64,000 nt of DNA from Calditrichia bacterium (GTDB lineage: Bacteria > Calditrichota > Calditrichia > JAJRVZ01). Within the stretch, counting starts at the first letter, position 1. Each line of letters opens with the position of its first letter. The DNA is taken from positions 1 to 64,000 of the forward strand of contig CAVZSQ010000003.1 in assembly GCA_963777955.1 (NCBI GenBank), written 5' to 3'. Below, piece by piece: positions 1-7,771 of this stretch. Under the pieces are notes generated by a model that worked only from the letters and a program-made list of their open reading frames with translations, searched no databases and had not been told where the DNA came from. The position numbers were made by a program, and so were the translations under genes.

Positions 1-2
1 AT

Positions 3-643
3 TTTATTCTAGCACTATCTTTAATATGGAATCGACCCTAAAAATCTTCTTTTATATTTTAAATTCTTAAAAAACCTTGAACGCCAGGAGAGTGATTCCT
101 CTGAAAAAGAAACCCCCCATTTTGGGGTGAGATATCAGGAATAAAAAATTATATAGAAAAAATGATGGTTGCATTGATACATGAATTGTTTAAACTAATA
201 AAGGAATCAAAAGATGAAATTAATTCAAAAGGATTTAAAGAAATTATCAGACTATTGCATAAAGAAAGTCGTATGGCTTGGAATACTATAGAAAAATATG
301 CATTTGGTGAAGCTGAACAAATACTCCATTGGGAAAAGCATTTTTAATGGTTAGACATAAGGTTGCTAATGATTATGATAAAGATGAATTATTTAAAGGT
401 TATCATCGAAAATTTATTAAAAATAAATATATGCCATATATTTCACGTGGGAATAGTCTGCCTAGTGAAGCGCTTTTCTTTTGCAGATGCTGCAGCCCAA
501 GAGTACTACAGGCAATTTATTGAAAGGGTTACAATTAATGAATTTATAATAATTTAAATTTGATAAAAGTAGTATAAGCATAGCAATTCAAAATATCGTT
601 GAGACATTTATACAAAAAGATCAACTTGGAAAAGAAAAAGTAA
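3..643 (+). CDS. Cassette protein, 5'-truncated by the window and frameshifted; possible HEPN-like helical protein
   Basis: ORF pieces 162-347, 329-523 and 363-557 stitch into one helical protein with VRHKVANDYD resembling an R-x4-6-H HEPN segment (His not seen); stop lies just before an attC. Confidence 0.45.
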
Positions 644-644
644 T

Positions 645-745
645 GCCTAACACTGCACTCCACAGGACACCTAACCTAGTGGCATGAATTCATAATTTGT
701 ATATTGCCCGGCCCTGGAGTGCTGGTGATAGCCATCTATTGCGCA
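645..745 (+). repeat. attC site, degenerate core
   Basis: GCCTAAC right after the stop; central GCATGAATT shared with the other long attCs; 3' core site degenerate. Confidence 0.6.
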
Positions 746-755
746 TCGACCTAGG

Positions 756-1307
756 GTGATAAGAGAGATTCTTAGTAAAGCGGGAGTTAAGTTCGAGCAG
801 GGATTGAGCGAGAAAGAGATAGTCTCGGTGGAGGGGAAATATCATTTCAATTTCCCACCCGATCTGCATGAATTCGTGACAATGGCTCTTCCCGTTCTAA
901 GGGTGGGTAAATTGGCGAAATAAAACCGATGCACAAATTCTTAGAGTCGATAAGGTGGCCACTCGATGGAATCTGCTTCGATATCAAGCACAATGGATAT
1001 TGGAGAAGTGATTGGGGAGAAAAGCCAAAGGGTCTTGAGGACGCTTTTGGGGTGGCAAGACAAAAAGTGGCGGAGGCGCCCTTGCTTATTCCAATTTATA
1101 GTCATCGTTATATTCCCGACAATCCATGTATGGCAGGCGATCCTATTTTCTCAGTTTACCAAACAGACATCATTTATTACGGAAGCGACCTGAAGAATTA
1201 TCTAGAGAATCAGTTTCACTATTTCTTTAACACTCCAAAGTACCATATTAGTGAACCGATTAGAAGAATTGAGTTTTGGTCGCTCCTGGTGGGAAGAAAA
1301 TGGCTAA
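756..1307 (+). CDS. SMI1/KNR4 family protein (frameshifted near 898 and 1285)
   Basis: GLSEKEI..VE.KY.F.FPPDL N-terminus joined to APLLIPIYSHRYIP...PIFSVYQTDIIYYG; likely stop TAA overlaps attC GGCTAAC. Confidence 0.75.
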
Positions 1308-1380
1308 CTATTTGCTCCAGCGGACGGCGTAAAAAACCGTCCCGATCTATCGGGACGGCTCATCCGCAGGACCGTTAGGC
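1302..1380 (+). repeat. attC site containing an internal REP-like palindrome
   Basis: GGCTAAC 1302, CTCCAGCGGAC, GTTAGGC 1374; internal CCGTCCCGAT-ct-ATCGGGACGG. Confidence 0.8.
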
Positions 1381-1533
1381 ATATATCATTGAATGGGTGG
1401 TCCTTGCTTAGATTAATAACAGTATTACTAACGTATTCTATATTATTCTGGGGATGTATGTTCCCTGTTTATTGGAAACCTATGACTAGATCATATAGAA
1501 CTTGATAATAAAATTTCGTTTAACTATAATGGA

Positions 1534-1932
1534 ATGAGATTTAAAAATGTTCAATTAAGAATGTGGAATGGTATCCATACTCCCACATTACTGATCTGTG
1601 TCGAAAATCATAAAAACAATCAAATTGAATTTAATATATCTAAGTTCAAATTAATTGTTAAGGATGATACATTAACGGTTTGGAATGCCAATCAAGAAGC
1701 GGTAATGATTTTTCCTAACGAGTCAATCAAGTTAAAAATAATTTTTAATGAAGGCGAATTTGAATTTAAGCATGTAGAAAGAATCAATGGAACTACCATT
1801 GTTTACACGAATCCACTCGAGGTATATATAGAGTTTCCTGAAATTAAGTGCTTAGAAGAAAGAATAAAAATACCCAATATGAAGTATCGGTTTCCATTAA
1901 GGATTGAAGATATAGAATATCTTCAAAAATAA
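1534..1932 (+). CDS. Hypothetical cassette protein (true start probably further upstream, frameshifted)
   Basis: AT-rich ORF between two attC sites, stop just before ACCTAAC. Confidence 0.65.
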   Translation: MRFKNVQLRMWNGIHTPTLLICVENHKNNQIEFNISKFKLIVKDDTLTVWNANQEAVMIFPNESIKLKIIFNEGEFEFKHVERINGTTIVYTNPLEVYIEFPEIKCLEERIKIPNMKYRFPLRIEDIEYLQK

Positions 1933-1933
1933 T

Positions 1934-1994
1934 ACCTAACAACCGCATAAACCGGAGCTGCCTGAAGCAGGCCGGTTATGCCTGGTCGTTATGC
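1934..1994 (+). repeat. attC site (short family)
   Basis: ACCTAAC...GCATAAACCGG...CCGGTTATGC...GTTATGC, canonical R''-L''-L'-R' layout. Confidence 0.9.
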
Positions 1995-2012
1995 TTTTAG
2001 GAGGTTTTACTC

Positions 2013-3040
2013 ATGAAGATATTTTCCATACTTCTGATCGTCATCATTATTCTATGGTTCGGATGCCAAAAGGGAACCACAGAATCTGATAAGGAAAATA
2101 CTAATATTATTCAATGGAAACTATTTACCTCGTCGCCCGATGATTATATAGAAAAAATTGAGATTGATTCAGCAGGAAATATTTTCGCTTCCTGCGGAGA
2201 TGGTTTGTTCATTTCAATGGATGATGGACATACCTGGGGGTTAATTTATAATAGATACAATATAAGAGATTTTGGTGTCAGTCCAATTGATAAAAGAATT
2301 TATATTAGTGCTATTTTTAGCACAGGCTGGATTGAATACTCAACTAACAATGGATTGACTTGGAACTCTCCATCCACATTCCCTGGACCTGCATGGATTA
2401 CAAGTTTCCTATTCTTAGATAATGGTTCAGTCTTGTGCGGGAGTTTTTATATGGAGGAAACCAAAGGCGGCCTTCTTATATCTGATGACGGTGGAGATGA
2501 GTGGATTGAGTCTGAACTATCACGGGAAATCTCTGTTAATGCATTGAACAAAAATAGTAGATATGTATTTGCGGGTTTGACGGAATATGATTCAACCTAT
2601 CTTGGACATTACAAAATATATCGATCATCTAATAATGGCAATCAATGGGAATCACCTTCTTTTGCTGAAATTGAAAATGAAATTCAGATAATTGCGATAG
2701 ATTCTGAAAATAATATTTATTTAGGTACATACGGAGGGGGTATATGGCGATCAACCGATGACGGACAGACCTGGTATTGTTTGGATTAGATTCCCATGTC
2801 ATAACCTCAATAGTTATTGATAAAAGACAAATCATATATGCTACAAGTTTCGATTGGTATGATGACGCTCAAAATGCTATTTATTATTCCATTGATAAAG
2901 GTAATACCTGGAAAGCACTAACATCTGGATTACAGAAACAAAACATATACACGATGCATATCTACAAAGAAGAATTTTTGTTAGCGGGTACAGCGGGAGA
3001 TAGTCTCTATATAAGTAGTTCGTTATCACAATTAAAATAA
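2013..3040 (+). CDS. BNR/Asp-box repeat beta-propeller lipoprotein (frameshift near 2780)
   Basis: Lipoprotein-like signal ending FGC; repeated S-x-D-x-G-x-T-W boxes across ORFs 2013-2789 and 2777-3040; AGGAGG RBS. Confidence 0.8.
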
Positions 3041-3045
3041 GAAAA

Positions 3046-3137
3046 ATCTAAAAATGCTCTACAGTACCCGCCTCAAACTGTGTCACCCCTCAGATTTTTG
3101 TGGGTCTCCGGTGCTACTAGGCGCTGGTCGCTTAGAT
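3046..3137 (+). repeat. Degenerate attC site
   Basis: ATCTAAA after the stop and GGTCGCTTAGAT before the next RBS; positional fit, weak pairing. Confidence 0.5.
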
Positions 3138-3152
3138 ATAAGGAAAATTATA

Positions 3153-3374
3153 ATGGATATAAGAATTGCTGCATTTAAGGATTATGCGTCAGCAGGAATG
3201 ATTCATGAAATTCTTACAAGTAAGGGGAGACATCCACGACTCATCGACACTTCAGCACATATTTCTATCGCTGGTGCTGATCAATATTATTATTTATATG
3301 TCCCCCAAAATGAAATGGATAATGCAACAAAGATTCTAATTGAATTTGGATACGAAGAGAATATCATTAAGTAA
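3153..3374 (+). CDS. Small DUF2007-like (putative signal transducing) protein
   Basis: A.MI.EIL...G pattern and YLYVP..E...A..IL ending; AAGGA RBS. Confidence 0.55.
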   Translation: MDIRIAAFKDYASAGMIHEILTSKGRHPRLIDTSAHISIAGADQYYYLYVPQNEMDNATKILIEFGYEENIIK

Positions 3375-3396
3375 TATTGTAGAGTAAGCATATAAA

Positions 3397-3491
3397 TTCT
3401 AACAAAGACATCAACCGGACACCCAGCCGACTAGCGTGAATTACTGAATTGCGTTCGCTGGCTGATCGTCGGTTATGCCTGGTCATCAGAC
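3397..3491 (+). repeat. attC site (long family), mutated core
   Basis: TTCTAAC...CATCAACCGGAC...CGGTTATGCCTGGTC then ATCAGAC; closely similar to 5852-5946. Confidence 0.8.
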
Positions 3492-3502
3492 AAAAAAATA
3501 TT

Positions 3503-4238
3503 ATGAGAATACTTGTAACACTTCTATTATTTATAATAACGTTTCAATTTCTTAATGCGGAAATAATTAATGGCCCAGCAAATCTCAGACATACCCCAAA
3601 TGGTAATTTGAAATTGATATTATTTGATTCAACATATGTTTCAACTTCTAGGATTAAGAAATAATTGGTTTAAAATAGTAGTAACTGCATTTATCAAAAA
3701 AAATAATATGTCTACCGATCTTATTATAAGAAAGGACACGGATTTATATTATGAAGACTTTAAGACCAGGAAAGGAATAACAAATGATACAATAAATGTA
3801 ACAGGTGAATGTCAAAATGTATATAATAACGAAGAATATATTGAAGTGATGTTATATGGTTATACTCAGTTGACCAATATTTATCCTAACAGCCTAATTG
3901 AGTGGGAAGTGGAAAAATTAGTCAAATCAGATAATATTAAATATTTATACGAACTTATTAATAAATTTAAACTAAGTGAATGCACCATAGACCGATATAA
4001 GTTCCTAATTTATCGTGAACTTGACTGGGGGTATTGTGCTATTCGGATGCTGATATTTTTAAACGAACAGAATAAAATTATAGGAATAGCAAATAGAAAT
4101 CGTATAATCAATTTAAAATATATTGGAAAAGGAAAAACTGAAAATGGTTTTGAATATTACTATTTATTGAGACTTAATGAATTGGAAAAAGCGAATTTAT
4201 TAAATGCTATTGAAACATTGTTTAGATGTGAAAATTAA
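3503..4238 (+). CDS. Hypothetical secreted cassette protein (frameshift near 3655)
   Basis: Signal peptide MRILVTLLLFIITFQFLNA; continues in ORF 3624-4238. Confidence 0.65.
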
Positions 4239-4245
4239 TAACTTG

Positions 4246-4340
4246 ATCTAACAATTCACTCCAGCGGACGCCGAACAGACTAGCATGAATTTCTAATTTA
4301 ACTATAAATGGTTCGTCGCCGCTGAGTTTCATCGTTAGGC
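4246..4340 (+). repeat. attC site
   Basis: ATCTAAC...CTCCAGCGGACG...CGCCGCTGAG...GTTAGGC. Confidence 0.92.
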
Positions 4341-4351
4341 AATAGATAAGC

Positions 4352-4819
4352 ATGTCGCTACTGATCCAAGAAGTTCCTGTAACAGATGCTCCAATGGAGC
4401 TACTGCTACTTGCCGATCCCTCGGAAGACAAGATCCGCTCCTATCTTTCAGGATCAAAGTGCTTCGTTGCTTCAAGTGGTGCGGTTGTGGTTGGTGCATG
4501 CGTCGTACAGCCACGTGGCACAGATACATATGAGCTAATGAGCATCGCTGTTCACCCAGCTCACCAGAAGTCCGGATACGGCACAGCGCTATTGAAGTGG
4601 GTTATTGATTTCTTTCGCAACTCTGGCGCACGGCAACTAGAGGTGGGCACCGGCACGTTCGGCTATCAACTCGCTTTCTACCAGCGGCATGGTTTTCGGG
4701 TTACAAGCATTGACCGTGATTTCTTCGTCAAGAACTACCCTGAGCCAATCTTCGAGGACGGAATACAGCTCTTTGACATGCTGCGTCTTACGCTGAGGTA
4801 CTCGGGCAATGTTGCCTAA
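4352..4819 (+). CDS. GNAT family N-acetyltransferase cassette
   Basis: LLLLADPS motif, IAVHPAHQKSGYGTALL acetyl-CoA motif A, LEVGTG and AFYQRHGF; stop inside GCCTAAC. Confidence 0.9.
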   Translation: MSLLIQEVPVTDAPMELLLLADPSEDKIRSYLSGSKCFVASSGAVVVGACVVQPRGTDTYELMSIAVHPAHQKSGYGTALLKWVIDFFRNSGARQLEVGTGTFGYQLAFYQRHGFRVTSIDRDFFVKNYPEPIFEDGIQLFDMLRLTLRYSGNVA

Positions 4820-4846
4820 CAATTCATTCAGCCGACGCCGTTAGCA
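4814..4846 (+). repeat. Truncated attC (left half only)
   Basis: GCCTAACAATTCATTCAGCCGACGCC directly joined to GTTAGCA. Confidence 0.75.
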
Positions 4847-4859
4847 ATATGAGGAATAT

Positions 4860-5849
4860 ATGAAGGGATTATTATTCTTATTTTTCTTATTTATTTTTAC
4901 ACGAATTCATGCGGATATAGGAAATTTAGACTCGTGGCAGGGAAATATATATGCTTTAAAGAATAATACAGTAACTATGGTCTCTGAAAGTGTATATGTA
5001 TCTTTAACTTTTGATTCTATTAAAGTATATACAAAGTTTTGGATGTATAATAAAGGGGAGACACAAAAAATAAAAGTATTTTTTCCTTATAGTACCGAAG
5101 TTTTTGGACTGAAGGGTCCGCCTGAAATTAAGGATATGACATGCAAAATTAATCAGAAAACAATCAAGGTTAAGAAAAAAGATCGCAAAATTATTTCTGA
5201 TTATAAATATACAATGCCGTATTTTTATTGGACGACCGAGTTCATCGGAAATGATACAACTGAAGTTGAAGTAACCTATAATAGTGTCTGGGGCAGAGAT
5301 GGTTTTGCACCCTGTAAATACTTTGATTATATAATAGGAACAGCTAAAACATGGAATGGTCCTATCGGTCGAGGTATAATTATTTTTGATCATACAAATT
5401 ACTTGTCAACAAATTTTATATATAAATGTGCTTTTGAGGCGAATTTTAAAGAGCCTTATTATTTATTTACTGAGCAAAAAATTAATCCAGATATCCAAAT
5501 TGAATATAAAGAAGATGCCACTATTTATTCCTTCCATGATTATACTCCAAAAGCCAATGAGGGAATTTCGATTTCAATTTTAGATTACGACTGGATAAAT
5601 ACATATGAATATGTTGATTATTTTAAGAAATTATTCGTTTGTCAAAATTATACAAAAGAGCAGTTTGGTGATATGAAAAATGAGATTTATGCCAGACGAG
5701 GTTATATTTTTCAAGACAAGAAATTGATGGATTATTTTTTAATGAAAAAGTGGTACAAACCAAAAGATAAAATCACAGTAGATGATCTGTCTGAAGGTGA
5801 AAAGGGTTTTATTAAAGTTTTATCAGAATTAGAACAGGAACATAAGTAA
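4860..5849 (+). CDS. Secreted protein with DUF4424-like N-terminus and C-terminal YARHG domain
   Basis: Signal peptide; YIIGTAKTWNGPIG; NEIYARRGYIF...YF..KKWYKP. Confidence 0.8.
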   Translation: MKGLLFLFFLFIFTRIHADIGNLDSWQGNIYALKNNTVTMVSESVYVSLTFDSIKVYTKFWMYNKGETQKIKVFFPYSTEVFGLKGPPEIKDMTCKINQKTIKVKKKDRKIISDYKYTMPYFYWTTEFIGNDTTEVEVTYNSVWGRDGFAPCKYFDYIIGTAKTWNGPIGRGIIIFDHTNYLSTNFIYKCAFEANFKEPYYLFTEQKINPDIQIEYKEDATIYSFHDYTPKANEGISISILDYDWINTYEYVDYFKKLFVCQNYTKEQFGDMKNEIYARRGYIFQDKKLMDYFLMKKWYKPKDKITVDDLSEGEKGFIKVLSELEQEHK

Positions 5850-5851
5850 GT

Positions 5852-5946
5852 TGCTAACAACAGCATCAACCGGACGCCCAGCCGACCAGCATGAATTGTT
5901 AAAATGTGCTGATTGGCTGGGCGCCGGTTATGCCTAGTCGTTGGGC
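5852..5946 (+). repeat. attC site (long family)
   Basis: TGCTAAC...GCATCAACCGGACGCCCAGCC...GGCTGGGCGCCGGTTATGC...GTTGGGC. Confidence 0.92.
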
Positions 5947-5982
5947 GGTATGCAGACTCATTCAAACACCGTGGAGGATGCT

Positions 5983-6363
5983 ATGACACTACGATCTCTT
6001 TTTATCATTAACATTTTCTTCGCTGCTTTTTTCGGTATATCTTGTGCTCTTTTCCCACATTTTGTCTTCTGGTTGTATGGCTTAATTCCCGATGACGCGG
6101 CTGTTTGGGTGACTCGCTTGGTCGGGGGTTCTATCCTTGCTCTTGGTACTCTCATGTGGTTCGGAGCAAAAACTGCATCCATCGAGGCCCGGAGGGCAAT
6201 CGCCTTAGCTCTCCTTATCCAGGATTCGATTGGTTGTGTAGCCTCTATCCTTTTTCAGCTAACCGGAAAGGTAAATATTTTTGGCTGGTTCAGCCTCGCC
6301 CTATATGGTGTCTTGGCAATTTCCTATGCCTTCTTCCTGTTTGTTCAACCAAAGGCCGCCTAA
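5983..6363 (+). CDS. Four-helix membrane protein, hypothetical
   Basis: GGAGG RBS, four hydrophobic segments. Confidence 0.75.
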   Translation: MTLRSLFIINIFFAAFFGISCALFPHFVFWLYGLIPDDAAVWVTRLVGGSILALGTLMWFGAKTASIEARRAIALALLIQDSIGCVASILFQLTGKVNIFGWFSLALYGVLAISYAFFLFVQPKAA

Positions 6364-6391
6364 GACTAGATCCAAAGGACGGCGGGGCAGC

Positions 6392-6487
6392 GCCCGACCG
6401 AAAGCATGCAGCCCAAAAACACAGCACTCCCTACGGCTACGTTGAATCTCGCCAAGTCCTCCGACCGCTGAGCCATCTTGGTGAGGA
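6392..6487 (+). repeat. Degenerate attC site
   Basis: GCCCGAC (near complement of the preceding GTTGGGC)...CCGCTGAG...GTGAGGA. Confidence 0.55.
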
Positions 6488-6526
6488 ATCCGAGTAATTA
6501 TGCCGAAATACTCAAAGGAGACGAAA

Positions 6527-6937
6527 ATGAAAGTTTTCATTATATCACTAATGATTATTATGTTTCTTAGTATTTTCTCGTGTGAAAACAACTCAACCGA
6601 ATCCACCGACGATCGAAATATCAATTCTTTAGTGATCACCAATGCCACCAATAGTTTCACCTACAGTATTCGTGCCGAAAACTACACAGCGACTGATGAA
6701 AATACACTTAGTTTTACATCAGACTCATTGATTGTAACGCTCACGTCGAGCGAGTATTTGTCAGGTATCGCCATAGTCTCACTTAGGGACTCTCTCAGCA
6801 CAATTATTTTCACGGATACAATCCAGTCTAATGAGACCAACGTTATTGTAGATTTGAAGACAGGCAAACCTGAATCTTATAGAGTCAATACTGTTGATCT
6901 AACAGCTAAATTTGTATTCGTGGTCATTGGGCAATAA
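6527..6937 (+). CDS. Hypothetical lipoprotein
   Basis: AGGAG RBS; MKVFIISLMIIMFLSIFSC signal; beta-rich body. Confidence 0.75.
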   Translation: MKVFIISLMIIMFLSIFSCENNSTESTDDRNINSLVITNATNSFTYSIRAENYTATDENTLSFTSDSLIVTLTSSEYLSGIAIVSLRDSLSTIIFTDTIQSNETNVIVDLKTGKPESYRVNTVDLTAKFVFVVIGQ

Positions 6938-7040
6938 AGTGCTGTGTCCTAAGCTGTCGTTAAAATTGACAGCACCTGGCGCTGAGTTTTATTTGGGAAC
7001 AGAGTTTAGGAAAGAAGACTTAAAACCTAAGAATAAATCG

Positions 7041-7103
7041 GTCTAACACCGGCCTAAACCGGATCCCGTCTGAAGCAGGCCGTTTAAGCGCAGGTCGTTA
7101 GGT
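7041..7103 (+). repeat. attC site (short family)
   Basis: GTCTAAC...AAACCGGA...CTGAAGCAGGCCG...GGTCGTTAGGT; homologous to 1934-1994. Confidence 0.88.
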
Positions 7104-7132
7104 TTACAAATGACAAAAAACATGGAAAAAAC

Positions 7133-7417
7133 ATGACCGATAAATTTAACAAAGTACCAGTTGAAGACGATACCGCTATACTCTTTCAGACAGAAGCTAA
7201 ATTGGGCAAGTATGACATATTATATCAAAAATGGTTTTGGGATGGGATAACAGCCGAAAGTATTATATTCACTGATGAAGATGTTGATGATCTTGAGGAA
7301 GAAGAGATTATAAACGAGGTCAAAGCATCGCCTTTATTAAAGAAAGATTCTAAGATTACTTTTAAACGCTCAGGTACTGGATATACTTTTGTTAATTTTA
7401 ATTTTGAAACAGAATAA
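7133..7417 (+). CDS. Hypothetical acidic protein, last visible cassette
   Basis: ORF after attC, followed by ACCTGAC (near complement of GTTAGGT). Confidence 0.75.
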   Translation: MTDKFNKVPVEDDTAILFQTEAKLGKYDILYQKWFWDGITAESIIFTDEDVDDLEEEEIINEVKASPLLKKDSKITFKRSGTGYTFVNFNFETE

Positions 7418-7771
7418 ACCTGACATGTATTTGTCCTTTAAAGTCCCGGCGGAACTTTTTACTCCAGTTTTACTTTATCCGGGATAATAATTTCAGTTAA
7501 TAAATAATTGTTTATTTCATTCAATAAATAATTTTAACCGGAAGGCTTCTTCTGCCCTCTACCGGAAGCCTGACTATATTGCCTGCGTTATTATTCATGC
7601 TAGCGGAGGTAGCAACGAGCAGCCGCCGCGAAGTGAGCGGAATCTTCGCCGTAAAATACTGATAGCGATCCATCAGCGCGAGTTCAGGATTAAAAAATGA
7701 CTCGGACAAAATCTTTATTCTGGATATTTATCCTGTTATATTTACCAATAATCATATTCGGGAGAACAAAA

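Larger units (their letters stand above)
1..7424 (+). mobile_element. Integron gene-cassette array (distal part; integrase not in window, so either a CALIN or intI lies upstream)
   Basis: About 11 short same-strand ORFs, most followed immediately by RYYYAAC...GTTRRRY imperfect palindromes; the core site of one attC often complements the inverse core of the next cassette (GTTAGGC/GCCTAAC, GTTAGCA/TGCTAAC). Confidence 0.93.

Noticed and set aside
1..7424. Integron integrase or attI in the window
   Set aside because: No tyrosine recombinase motifs in any listed ORF; it would be expected upstream of base 1
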